DNA of 61,754 nt, counting the filler, from Chiloscyllium plagiosum (lineage: Eukaryota), in the NCBI RefSeq assembly GCF_004010195.1. It is 4 parts of one record of this genome, joined end to end, with 100 filler letters (N's around TTAATTAATTAA, not from the genome) between each part and the next. Parts side by side here need not be neighbours in the genome. Positions count along the whole stretch, not along the records: positions 1 to 28,450 come from NC_057710.1; positions 28,551 to 41,478 come from NC_057710.1; positions 41,579 to 52,106 come from NC_057710.1; 1 more part is not named here. One strand, 5' to 3'. This document shows positions 28,059-41,791 of the stretch, in pieces. The notes under the pieces are model-generated. The model was not told where the DNA came from. It saw nothing but the letters and a program-made list of their open reading frames with translations, and did no database searches. Every line of letters starts with the position of its first letter. Positions within the stretch are counted from its first letter, which is position 1. Position numbers and translations under genes: made by a program.

Positions 28059-28239
28059 TTTTTTAATAGATATTTTTATTAGAAATTTAACATTTTTACA
28101 AGTTTACAAAAATAAACAAAACTCTCAAGTACAAACATTGATATACAATTAAATCTTAAATATACAATAGCCAAAATTTAACAAAAGAAAAAATACAGAG
28201 AAAGACAAAAAACAAAATTCAACTAACTACTAATCTACG

Positions 28240-28450
28240 AGGAGAAAATGAGGGCTGCAGATGCTGGAGATCAGAGCTGAAAATGTGTTGCTGGAAAAGC
28301 ACAGCAGGTCAGGCAGCATCCAAGGAACAGGAGAATCGACATTTCAGGCATAAGCCCTTCTTCAGGAATGAGGAAAGTGTGTCCAGCAGGCTAAGATAAA
28401 AGGTAGGGAGGAGGGACTTGGGGGAGGGGCGTTGGAAATGCGATAGGTGG
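28240..28450 (-). mobile_element. Penelope-like element terminal region running into a gap
   Basis: Same family as 54995-55192, with a hammerhead-like core at ~28333-28369, continuing into purine-rich element body. Confidence 0.65.
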
Positions 28451-28550
28451 NNNNNNNNNNNNNNNNNNNNNNNNNNNNNNNNNNNNNNNNNNNNTTAATT
28501 AATTAANNNNNNNNNNNNNNNNNNNNNNNNNNNNNNNNNNNNNNNNNNNN
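28451..28550. other. Artificial contig linker (44N + TTAATTAATTAA + 44N)
   Basis: Exactly 100 bp; the 12-mer gives stops in all six frames; identical at three places. Confidence 0.95.
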
Positions 28551-29234
28551 GCTTCGGCGGGTCGGTGTGGACTTGTTGGGCCGAAGGGCCTGTTTCCACA
28601 CTGTAAGTAATCTAATCTAATCTAAATCTAAAAAGTTCCACATTTCCACGACATCCTTCCCTGACAGCCTATGCTCCCAACTTATGCTCCTCAGATCCTG
28701 TCTTACCGCATCGTATTTACCCTTCCCCCAATTGTAAAACCTACCCTGTTGCACGCACCTATCTCTCTCCATAACCAAGTGCTCAATCAGTGCTCAATTT
28801 TCCTAATGTTTTAATCATAATAACTGTAGCCAAGATGCTCAATGCAAAACTATCTTTAGCGTTGTGTATTCGGTGAAAAAAAAGGTCTTCTTTCAATCAG
28901 ATTCCATAGCTTAAAAAAAAATGTCCAAAGTGTTTATGGAGACACCTGTAAATGATTAAATATGTGACAACATTGAAATTATTTTTCGGTATGTAGGGTT
29001 GTTACTGACAGTGCAATTTATTATGCATTTTCTGTATACTTCCACATTATGTGGTATATTTACTGGGCCTGTAACCCTGTTTATAGAATAACTTGGATAT
29101 ATATGCCTTTCTTTTCTGCATTGCTGTACAAAATCACAATCGCATTTATTTATGTCGCAAAACTCACTGTACTTCAAAATAATTAGTCTTATAGTTATTT
29201 GGAGGTATAAGATTTGAGCACTTCTAAAAAAAGG

Positions 29235-29960
29235 AGAGTGCTGATTGTTTGGCAAGTGAACTGTAATTGTTAGAGGTTTGCCATGGAGAATGCGGCAGTA
29301 AATGATGACCGACAGTTAACTGCCAAACTCTGTTACATTTTAAACTATGCTGATCAAGCTTTTACCCTGAGAAATTAACCAAAGAATGGCTGTCACCTAT
29401 TTTGTTAATTTGAAACAGATGCAGTGTCCTTTGTCAAAATCCCAGAACTCCCTTCCTACCAGCAGTGCAGGACTGCAAACAATAAATGGACTGCAGCAGT
29501 TTAAGAAGGGCAACTAGGGATGGGCAATAAAAACTAGCCTAACAAGTGACATCTCTTTCTATGCTGTACCATTTTTATGATTTCTACCCAATTTAGAATT
29601 ACCTGTCAGGCCTGCAGTGGAGTGCACCTGCATGTACTGTATGCTACACATATTAAGACACAGAGTCTTGTTCTTTGCAAACAGAAAGAACAAGGATACC
29701 CACTGCACCTGTTTCAACCCATCAAAGTCAGTGATAGCCATTCTCTAGTTCATTTCTAAGGACAATGCCTTGAACCAATCACAGTAAACTACTTTGTTTA
29801 AAATTTTAAAAAGCTTGGCAGTTAATTACCAATCATCACTAACAGGTGAATTCTCCATGGCAATGCCTCTCACAATCAGAGTCCCATTTGCCAACTAATC
29901 AGTAATCTCGTACAAATGTTGATTTCCCTTTCCTTTAGTACTTTTTTGTGAATTGTTATG
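29235..29960 (+). mobile_element. Old Penelope-like 3' end (GIY-YIG C-terminal remnant) with an inverted copy of its 3' UTR upstream
   Basis: 29577-29759 reads FRITCQACSGVHLHVLYATHIKTQSLVLCKQKEQGYPLHLF, like the LxxLEAxxIxxxxPxLCxQKE end of Penelope endonucleases. ~29272-29345 is a diverged reverse complement of ~29797-29871. Confidence 0.6.
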
Positions 29961-30889
29961 ATAAGCTTTGCTAAGAGTCTTTTTTAATCAATACTCAATT
30001 AATTTTATGTAAATCATGTTTTGGGATGCTCTGAGGAATATGGTTAAATATTATGTAAATTTATTCATTCCTTTGTTTCTCCGAAGCATTTCTTTATGAA
30101 CGTGATGGTTTTTGTTACAAATGTTGGCTAAGTGTCACAATGTTGAAAGCTGTCTTAAACAAATTAAAAACTTGCATTATCATCATATAAGGCTAAAAAT
30201 AAGAAAAATAAAACTGTCACTTAGGACTTGTGGCTGAATTGATGTTAAAGACTAGAAATATTCTTGGATAATTGATGGAGAACTAGCAGGCAATATTACC
30301 GGCATTATCGAAGATATTTATTAATACTCTCAGTGTAAGTTGGACCATATCACTATATGGCGGGGGGGAACCTAATGTCACATACCATTATGAACTAATT
30401 TTTTGCAAATATCTTTAACATAATACAGCCACTCTCTGAAACCATTAAGTTTCAGATATAGTTAGAACTGAGAACAGGAAATGATGATATGACACGATGG
30501 AGAAAAGATAAGGCTGACTTGTCACACTGCAGCCTTTTTGGACCAGCAATAAGATTGCAATGACTTTCGCAAATAACAATACAGAGCACACTAATGGATT
30601 TTGGCTGCTTTCCTTCAGTTAGTCTATTTGCATAATGCACAGTGAAGAAAGGTTTCAGTCACATTTTACCATCTGTATATTGAAATATGTTTGTATTCAG
30701 TTCAGCTGCATGGAAGGAAACGTCTGCAGCTTTCACTTTCATCCATGTTTGAGCACTTGAAGACAAATAAATCTTGAGTGATGTAATGAGTATGATCAGA
30801 GTTTCTAAAATGTAATGTTGTCTTATTCCTTTTCACAAACTGCATATTCCTATTGCTTTCTGGTCTTAGTTCAAATTTTCAGCATAAGG

Positions 30890-31920
30890 CCATCAAATGT
30901 AAGAGCAGAAGTAAGGCATTCAGCCCGTTGAGTTTGTTCCACTGTTCAGTGATTGATCATGGCTGATCTGACAATCCTCAACTCCACTTTCTTCCTTTCC
31001 CCGTCACCTTTGATTGTCTTACTGATTAAAAATCTATACATTTCAGCCTTGAATGTAATTAATGAGCCAGCCTAGTCAGCCCTCTGCAGTAAGGAATCCT
31101 CACTACTCTCTAACAGAACAATTTCTTCCTCATCTCTGTCTTAAATATGAGACAACTCATTATATCCTCTGGTCCTATGTGGTCTCTCCACATCTACTCT
31201 GTCAAATCTCCTAAGAATCTTATATGTTTCGATAAGTACACCTGTCACTCTTTTAAACTTTAATGAATACAAACCCGACCCACGCAACCTGTCCTCATAA
31301 AAGAATCCCTCCAGATTCAGTATCAGTTTAGTGAATCTTTTTTGGACTACCTCCAATGCTAATCTATCTTTTCTTAGGTAAGGGGACCAAAATGTTTGCA
31401 GTAGGTGTGGTCTAACTAGTGCAAGGCTTCTCCATTTTTATAGTCCATTCCCTTTAAAATATAGGCTGAAGTTCCATTTACCTTCCCTATAACCTGTTGA
31501 ATTTCTTTTGCTAGCTTTTTGTGATTTATCCATGAGGACTCCCAATTCCCTCTGTGCTGTAGCATTCTGCAATCTTTCTCCATTTAAGTAATGTTCAGCT
31601 CCTCTTTTCTTCATAGGAACACAGGAATTTGGAGCAGGAGTAGGCAATTCAGCCCTTTGAGCCCACTTCGCCATTTAACGTGATCATGGCTGATCTTATC
31701 CTGGTCTCAATTCCTCTTGCCTGCCTGCTTGTCATAGCCCTTTATCCCACATTTAATCAGAAACATATCTGTTTCTTTCTTGAATCTGTTGAATGTTTCT
31801 GCCTCTCCTGCACTCTGGGGCAGTGAGTTGCACAGATTCACAACCACCTGAGAGAAGTAGTTTCACCTTATTTTAGTTTTGAACCTACCTTATCTCATCC
31901 TATATTTATGACCCCTTGTT
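30890..31920 (-). mobile_element. Decayed CR1 LINE 3' fragments (two nested tails)
   Basis: EVVQKRFTKLI...YEDRLRGSGLYSLKFKRVTGVLIETYKILR and YLNGERLQNATAQRELGVL. Confidence 0.8.
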
Positions 31921-33589
31921 CAAGGCTATTCATCTGCAGTTTATTTTTATTTGGAATGTTTATGTTTGAGTTTAAGCCACCTGAGGAGATGAGCTAGCTT
32001 CTCCAAGGTTGGCATCGTTCAAAGTAACAGTAAATCAAACAGTACAAGCAAATAAGACACAGGATACCTCCTGTTGTTGTCTTGTCTAGTACCATTAAAG
32101 AGCTCACTTATCTTCCAGATTCCAGTTCTGACAAAAGGTTTAAATTCAAGGCATTAATAAGTCTTTTTACAAACATGGCGGAACATGCTGTGTATTGGCA
32201 CCATTTTCTCATTAAATTTCTGAATGCATTCCTGTGCAAGTTGACTGGGGTTTGCCAAATTATTTTGTGAATAGAACTGCAGGACGTCTGTATCGGCATC
32301 CAGCGTTACTGACTCAATCAGAAGCTGGCTTCACTCTGTCAGGAATGGTGTCATTCTATTAGGCTACCTAGTCACTTTTTGAAGTTCTGAAGAAGGGTCA
32401 TTGGACGTTGAATATTAACTCTGTTTGCAGATGTTGCTAGATCTGCTGGGTTTCTCCACGAATTTCTGTACTTGTTTGTTTCAGATTTCCAGCATTCATA
32501 GTTCATTGTTTCATTCTATTAGATATTAATATCATTTCAGCAGGAGCTGTGCTATGCTACTAATGGCTGGAGCAACTCAATTAGGAGTTGGAGTTATTGA
32601 AACCCAGGGGCTGGAATCAGTGGTTAGGAATGAGTTTCACTCCAACAGAAGCTGGACTCAGTCAGATGTGTCCTCATGCAATATAAAGTGTGCCTTAGTC
32701 ATACATTTATAACTTAAAGAGCTAATTTCCATATTTTCAAAGCCATTTAGCAAAGACATGGCAGAAAACTTTCTTTACTGTACTGTATTCAAGGAATCAA
32801 ATCAAAAGGCAGCACCCCCATATCCAGCCCTACTTCTATCAATTATTTCATGGGACGTGGCTTTGCTGTAATAACAGCATGTTGCCCACAATTTAATTAT
32901 TCTTGATTTTGGTTTGTGGCTGGTTAAGGCAATTAAGAGTCAATCGCATTTACTTAACTGCAGCCTTGGTAAAGTAAAGTGGGCAGATTTCCTCCTGAAA
33001 GGATCTCAAAGATCCAGATAGGTTTCCAGAAGTAGTCTTTTGGTCATAGTTACACAGAATGGCTTTATATTGCAGATTCAATTACTTAAATGCAAACTCT
33101 ACAGCTGGTATAGTGGGATTAGAACCCGCGTCACTAGACCATAAGCCTGGGTCTACAGTTGTGCTAGCCAGTGAAAGTACCATTGCACACTGTTTACTTT
33201 TGTAATGTATTACTTAAAACAGCTAATACGCCCTGAGAATCAGGTTACCTCAATTGGCAAGATGATGAGTATGTAGTTCAATTTCTGTTGTGGCTGAGGT
33301 AAACATTAAGCTATTCTTTTCCTACTACATGTTTGATGCAAAGTTGGACCCCTAAAGCTATATAAAATCAAATGTCTCTCTCTAATGGAAAGAGATGGCT
33401 GTCGTTCCTTGTGGACTATGGCTAATTGCCTAACTATCTTACCACCACAGGTTCTGAGGAAGAGGCATAATGAACTTGAAATGTTACTTCTGTTTCTGTC
33501 TCCGTAGATGCTGCGAGACCTGCTGAGTTTCTCCAGCATTCTCTGGACTTGCTTCAGATTTCCAGTATCCTCAATATTTTTTCTGATTG

Positions 33590-34405
33590 TCTAAGGGAGC
33601 CTTGGTGAATTTCTATGGTGCACCTTGAAGATGGTACACACTGCTGCTACTGAGCATTGGTGGTGGAGGGCATGTAGGTTTATGGATATGGTGTCAATCA
33701 AGCGGGCTGCTTGGTATTGGGTAGTGTCAAGCTTCTTGAGTGTTATTGGAGCTACACTCATCCAGGCAAGTGGGTAGTATTCCATCACACTCTTAATGGT
33801 GCCTTGTAGATGATGGACAGGTTTTGTGGACATGAGTTATTCACCCCAGTGCTCCTAATCTGTAATGTGATCTTGTAGCTATTGTGTTTATGTGGTGAGT
33901 CCAGTTGAGTTTCTGGTTAATGGTAATCTCAAGGATATCGATAGTAGAGATGTACTGATGGTAACACCATTGAATGTCAAGAAGTGATGATTAGATTCTC
34001 TCCTATTGGAGAAAGTCATTGTCTGGCATTTGTGTGGTGAAAATAATATTTGCCATTTATCAGACCAAATCTTAATACTGTCCAGGTGTTACTATGTTTC
34101 CTCCAGTATCTGAGCAATGGCAGTTGTGCAATCATCAATGAATATCTCCACTTCTGACCTTATGATGGAAGGAAAGTCATTGGTGAAGCAGCTGAAGGTG
34201 GTTGAGCCAACAACACTACTCCAAGGAATGCCTGCAGAGAAGTCCTGGCATGAGATGACTGTTCTCCAACAACCACAACTTGTGGCTGTTCATTTTGTGC
34301 AAGTTTGACTTCAAAAAGTGGAAAGTCTCCCCCAAATCCTATTGCCTCTAGTTTTGCTAGAGCTTCTTGGTGCCACACTGTTAAATGTGGCTTTGATGTC
34401 AACGG
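33590..34405 (-). mobile_element. Decayed CR1/L2-clade LINE RT fragment
   Basis: IKSVMEYYPLAW...LKKLDTTQYQAARLI and VWHQEALAKLEAIG. Confidence 0.7.
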
Positions 34406-35168
34406 CCATGACTTTCTTTTTACTCTATACTTTCTGAAAGAAGAATGTTGACTGGCGACAAATGTTGTCTTTTTGTATTTTTTTCAGAAATATTCTAGTT
34501 CTACACTACCAAACGGCTATATGAACTTTTAATTAGGAGGACTGCAATATATTTGAGATTCTAAATACCACAACTACAGTAAATATGGTAATCAGCAAAC
34601 AAAATGACATTTTCTGTACCCGAGAGAACAGTACTGTATTTGCCTGTCCACAATATGCTTATCATGGAGCTCTGAAATATTTACAGGTATCAGCTTGTAA
34701 TAGAAACTTAGTCCTCTGAGTGTTCCAAAATCTATTCTGACAGCTGGTGACATTTGAAATAGTGCAGCATGTGTTATGTTTTTGTCCAGTTTCACTAAGA
34801 TGATGGTAAGAATTACAGCAGCAAAGATCTCAACTTGTGAACATTGACATCTATCTTTTCAGTCAACTGTGAAGTGCTATTGATGATCGGCTGTAATTTA
34901 CTGAGGAGCTGGAAGCTGTGAAAAGCCTCTTGGGTCTGTATGTTTGAAGTCATGAAAATTGTAAATTGTAATTGTAATTGTAATAAGTCTACTCATATCC
35001 TGTATATTATAATATACAGTATTGGATGAAGCTTGTTTTCTTTGCACGCAGTGTAAAGTTAACTTTGAACAGCTGCTTTTATAACCTTTATGAGGAAGGT
35101 ACGTTTTTGAAAAAAATGATGTGTTTGGATGGGGTGCTGAGGTGATAGTGAAGAAGAAAATGAGCTGA

Positions 35169-35783
<615 letters not shown>

Positions 35784-36513
35784 TAAAGTCTGACTTAGTT
35801 ATTCTAATACTGATCCACAAATCTTGAATAATAATGGTTTATTGATATTCAAAATTATGTTAATATGTTATTACGTTAATAATATTTCTGTAAATTCTGG
35901 TTTTGGATAACTGCACAATATTTTTGACACCATTTTTAGTTCTCACAATTATTAAAATTACAAAGTCTTAAAATACAGAAGCAGTTCCTATAATTTTTAA
36001 CAAAAGATCCTTAGGTGTGAAGAAACATTTCAGGGACATGGATACAGGAACTATTGCAGACATTAATGCTTAGATATATGAACACACAATGGTCAAGCAC
36101 ACATTCTAACAATCTATCCACTCTGATGTTAATGACACTACATCGATGATCTTCAAAAATACAAGAAAACAAGGGTAGGGGATATCATTGGTTTCTATGG
36201 CTTTTAGTGTGGGCTTAACTTCTTCTTCCTCTCTAGATCATTAAATAATGGTAATGTAAATGGCAGTAAAATCACTGCACTTGTTGACTGAATTCAACAG
36301 AGTCTTGCCAGTATATACGTATACGTAGTTTTATGCAGACCAATCATGCAAACAGCTTGTTCCTTCATAAGAGTTCAATGCTTTTAGAATTCACAGTGTG
36401 TGAGGAGATGCTAATAGTTGCCATACTATAATTACAGAGGTAAAAAGACCTATAAAACAACTTTCATGAAAACCCTACCTTTCTAAATGCTGAATAGTGA
36501 CTCTTTTAATTGA

Positions 36514-36708
<195 letters not shown>

Positions 36709-36877
36709 TAGTGAGATGCAGCTCATATGCTATCACTGCCAAGCATTGAGATTGCATCATTAGTATTTCCTTTCTGCTGACTTTAATTTCCTTTACCCTG
36801 CGCACCGGATCAAGTAAATGTAAGCTTTGAGCATTTTATTTTAGATTTTGTACGGAAGCTTAAATTGTGATTGTGAA

Positions 36878-38256
36878 TGGCTCAAAGGTAGAAGACAGAG
36901 GGTGGTGGTGGAGGGTTGTTTTTCAGACGGGAGGCCTGTGACCAGTGGAGTGCCACAAGGATCGGTGCTGGGCCCTCTACTTTTTGTCATTTACATAAAT
37001 GATTTGGATGAGAGCATAAGAAGTACAGTTAGTAAGTTTGCAGATGACACCAAAATTGGAGGAGTAGTTGATAGCAAAGAGAGTTACCTCAGATGGGCCA
37101 ATGGGCTGAGAAGTGGCAGATGGAGTTTAATTCAGATAAATGCGAGGTGCTGCATTTTGGGAAAGCAAATCTTAGCAGGACTTATACACTTAATGGTAGG
37201 GTCCTAGGGAGTGTTGCTGAACAAAGAGACCTTGGAGTGCAGTCATTGCTCCTTGAAAGTGGAGTCGCAGGTAGATAGGATAGATTATTGGCCAGAGTAT
37301 TGAGTACAGGAGTTGGGAGGTCATGTTGTGGCTGTACAGGACATTAGTTAGGCCACTGNNNNNNNNNNNNNNNNNNNNNNNNNNNNNNNNNNNNNNNNNN
37401 NNNNNNNNNNNNNNNNNNNNNNNNNNNNNNNNNNNNNNNNNNNNNNNNNNNNNNNNNNNNNNNNNNNNNNNNNNNNNNNNNNNNNNNNNNNNNNNNNNNN
37501 NNNNNNNNNNNNNNNNNNNNNNNNNNNNNNNNNNNNNNNNNNNNNNNNNNNNNNNNNNNNNNNNNNNNNNNNNNNNNNNNNNNNNNNNNNNNNNNNNNNN
37601 NNNNNNNNNNNNNNNNNNNNNNNNNNNNNNNNNNNNNNNNNNNNNNNNNNNNNNNNNNNNNNNNNNNNNNNNNNNNNNNNNNNNNNNNNNNNNNNNNNNN
37701 NNNNNNNNNNNNNNNNNNNNNNNNNNNNNNNNNNNNNNNNNNNNNNNNNNNNNNNNNNNNNNNNNNNNNNNNNNNNNNNNNNNNNNNNNNNNNNNNNNNN
37801 NNNNNNNNNNNNNNNNNNNNNNNNNNNNNNNNNNNNNNNNNNNNNNNNNNNNNNNNNNNNNNNNNCTGTTTTCCCTGGAGCGTCGGAGGCTGAGGGGTGA
37901 CCTTATAGAGGTTTACAAAATTACGAGGGGCATGGATAGGATAAATAGGCAAAGTGTTTTCCCTGGGGTTGGGGAATCCAGAACTAGAGGGCATAGGTTT
38001 AGGGTGAGAGGGGAAAGATATAAAAGAGACCTAAGGGGCAACGTTTTCATGCACAGTGTGGTACGTGTATGGAATGAGCTGCCAGAGGAAGTGGTGGAGG
38101 TTGGTACAATTGCAACATTTAAGAGGCATTTGGATGGGTATATGAATAGGAAGGGTTTGGAGGGATATGGGCCGGATGCTGGCAGATGGGACTAGATTGG
38201 GTTGGGATATCTGGTTGGACCGAAGGGGTCTGTTTCCATGCTGTACATTTCTATGA
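36878..38256 (+). mobile_element. Young CR1/HER1 LINE 3' portion in a BEND4 intron (spans the 37359-37865 N gap)
   Basis: [13 protein letters not shown]...[23 protein letters not shown]...[27 protein letters not shown]; 3' tail ending ctatgact. Confidence 0.92.
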
Positions 38257-39767
38257 CTTTATGAATACAATAATTCTCAGATGGATTTAATGACTGAGGA
38301 ATGGCAATACTTGACAATAAGAATTTGCTTTTCTGAAGTTTGCAAAACTGTACAAATGGTTTATTCTTTGATGCAATATTTTCCACACTTACATTGATTT
38401 ATGTCTTTTCTTTTCTGCCTGTGCTCGGCCTTAACCTAATCGAGCAGGAGTCAACTCCAGCCCATGCAGCAGTTTGAACTATCGGTTTCATTTTTTAATT
38501 GAAAACAATGACACACATTCCAACTTTAATGGTTATAGGGCAGATCAGAAATGAAAACCTGAAACAATTGATAGAGTCTTAGTCATAGAGTCATCCTTAG
38601 TGTCCCCAATCTATTAAACTTAATCAATCTATCAACACGTTATAGGCACTTCAAAGTCTATGTGTAAAGTAAATGCACAAAAGTTCTTGAATAACCTGAG
38701 TCTCTAAGGGTTTTTTTTAAACTAGGAGCCATTATACTTCTTCACTGGACTTGTTTCAAGGCCATTACATCACCCACCAATACAGGGCATAGAATTCCAG
38801 ATGCAGTCTTAGCAGCAAATAATAATGTCAAAATTGAGTGCTTTATATTGATTTGTTTGATTAATACAATATTACAACTTGGACAGTAGCCATTCTCTTC
38901 TTCCTGATCTGGGAGTTTAAGCAATGGATTGCCATGAATGCGAAGCACTCCAAGTTGCAACTAATTGATTTGTCAGTGCAACACATCTAGAGAGAACCAA
39001 TTATCATCAATGTGATGTGTTTCTTGGTAATTCCTCTCTAAGCTAAATAATCGAATAAACCCTTCTGAAGTTAAAAAGTGATGGTATAATCTGTCATTAC
39101 ATTTTGAAATTCTTATCTAGTGAACATTCTTTGTTAAATTTACAATATTAACAGTAGTTATGAGAAACTCTAATCCATCTCACTTAGATTTTCACATCAA
39201 CTAAAACAGTTAGACCATTGGAAGTGAGTGGGAAGACAGGAATCTAACTGGGTTCCAATAATACCACAAACTATAAGCAGGGAATAGTTGAAAATGCAAG
39301 ATCTGTTTGTCCATTACAATGGCAAGTGTTGTTAGTCCATGGAAGAAAATATGATTGTGTATCATTTGTTGGTCCTTATTTTGAATTTTGTTTTTATTGA
39401 TAGTATAGGTTATGTTTGTCATGTCAATTAAATATGCTATTAAGTACAAGAAAGGATATTGATGCCTGATTACAGTGACAAAAGGGCAGAATTTGTATTT
39501 TTCACTGTATCTAAATGGTGAAATCAAATGCGATGAATCTTTACTCTGTGAGGCAGTTTTGTGTACAATTTTATGTCTCAAGGAATTGTAAATGTGAAGT
39601 CAATTGTACTTTATTTCAAGGTGGTAGTACTAGATATCAGAGCTCAACCACTGAATTAGCTCTTAAACATATCATACGCATCTTAAATAAGATGAACCAA
39701 ATTGTGATCTATAAAGTGTCTGAAAGCTCTTAACAAAGTCATATTTATTTGCATTCTTGTCGATTAA

Positions 39768-40058
<291 letters not shown>

Positions 40059-40764
40059 TAACGTTCAGTTTTCAGAAGACAGTGTGCACTGAGTTACAGG
40101 CTATATGTGCAAACCAAGACAGTTGAACCACTGTGGAGCAGGTGACAGTATTCTTGATTGTAAGTCAAAATATCATGAGTTCATGTCCTAGATCAGGAAC
40201 CTGAACTCATAATCCAAGCGGCCATTTTAGTTGAATAGTTACTCAGGAGTTAGACTATATATTTAGTAGTCTAACCTTTTCTGAGAAAACTAATTTCATT
40301 GGAACCTGCTGAATTCTCCTATTTAAACTAAGACTTTTGGAGGGTTCCAAGTGTACGGAATGGTGCAGTGGATTGTTCAATTTCCTATGCAATTCCTGTA
40401 GCGTCTACTAAACTGGGAATTCCTAGGGTTTTCATGTGCTCTTCCTGTCTATGCTGGAATGATGACTGGCTAATGGAAAATCCAGGCTAGTGTCAAGGCT
40501 TTGAGTTTTATGTTGATTAAACATGTAGCTGTTATTGGCACTTTAAAAACATTAATCTATTTTTCTAATCACCCTGTTTAAAGATGGTGTTACTCACCTC
40601 TGGAGCAAATGGGTCTTAAACCCAGGCCTCCCACTGCAAGGCCACTCCCAATGTGCCACGAGGATTCCTAATGGCACCTATTGCATTTTACAGTTCAAAT
40701 TAAACCTTAATTTGTATCTATTTGAATCTAGGTAAAAAGGTAAAAACTATTGTACTCTATGTTA

Positions 40765-41095
40765 CTTTCTCCCCACCCCCACCCTCCTCTCATTTATCTC
40801 TCCACCCTGCAGGCACTCTGCCTCGATTCCTGATGAAGGGCTTTTGCCCGAAACATCGATTTTCCTGCTCCTCGGATGCTGCCTGAACTGCTGTGCTTTT
40901 CCAGCACCACTCAACTCCAGATCTGGTTTCCAACATCTGTAGTCATTGTTTTTACCTGGTTGATTTTAACCCTACTGCATTTCCTCTTGCAAGGATGCTT
41001 GCCTTGAAAAAGTTTTCCTCCTCTCTCCACAAGAATCACAGGGAATCCCTCTCCCACTGCAACTCCCAGGTTATTTCCTCTGCCCTGAAGCTCTT
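40765..41095 (+). mobile_element. Penelope-like pseudo-LTR with hammerhead core, continuing into probable element 5' sequence
   Basis: attc-CTGATGA-agggcttttgccc-GAAACATC-gat at 40826-40860, the shared family tail, then a short reading frame (MLALKKFSSSLHKNHRESLSHCNSQVISSALKL) cut off by a CR1. Confidence 0.6.
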
Positions 41096-41478
41096 AGAGT
41101 CATAGAGATGTACAGCATGGAAACAGACACTTCGGTCCAACCTGTCCATGCCGACCAGATATCCCAACCCAATCCAGTCCCACCTGCCAGCACCCGGCCC
41201 ATATCCCTCCAAACCCTTCCTATTCATATACCCATCCAAATGCCTATTAAATGTTGCAATTGTACCAGCCTCCACCACATCCTCTGGCAGCTCATTCCAT
41301 ACACGTACCACACTCTGCGTGAAAGATTTGCCGCTTAGGTCTCTTTTATATCTTTCCCCTCTCACCCCAAACTATGCCCTCTAGTTCTGGACTCCCTGAC
41401 CCCAGGGAAAAGACTTTGTCTATTTATCCTATCCATGCCCCTCATAATTTTGTAAACCTCTATAAGGTCACCCCTCAG
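41095..41478 (-). mobile_element. Young CR1/HER1 LINE 3' end
   Basis: RGERYKRDLSGKSFTQSVVRVWNELPEDVVEAGTIATFNRHLDGYM; close reverse complement of 37890-38256. Confidence 0.92.
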
Positions 41479-41578
41479 NNNNNNNNNNNNNNNNNNNNNN
41501 NNNNNNNNNNNNNNNNNNNNNNTTAATTAATTAANNNNNNNNNNNNNNNNNNNNNNNNNNNNNNNNNNNNNNNNNNNN
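41479..41578. other. Artificial contig linker (44N + TTAATTAATTAA + 44N)
   Basis: Identical structure to 28451-28550. Confidence 0.95.
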
Positions 41579-41791
41579 CCCGTGTCTGCGTGGGTTTCCT
41601 CCGGGTGCTCCGGTTTCCTCCCACAGTCCAAAGATGTGCAGGTCAGGTAAATTGGCCGCGCTAAATTGCCCGTAGTGTTAGGTAAGGGGTAAATGTAGGG
41701 GTATGGGTGGGTTGCGCTTCGGCGGGTCGGTGTGGACTTGTTGGTCCGAAGGGCCTGTTTCCACACTGTAATGTAATCTAATCTAATCTAA
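41579..41791 (+). mobile_element. HE1/V-SINE-like 3' portion
   Basis: V-SINE core gtgggtttcctccgggtgctccggtttcctcccacagtccaaaga and an (atcta)n tail; the same tail occurs at 28551-28630. Confidence 0.9.

Noticed and set aside
28495..28506. TTAATTAATTAA as a biological motif (homeodomain site or piggyBac target)
   Set aside because: It is centred in exactly 44+44 Ns at three places, so it is an assembly spacer.
37323..38195. 290-aa and 216-aa ORFs in the track
   Set aside because: They are open only because they run through a 507-N gap within a CR1 element.
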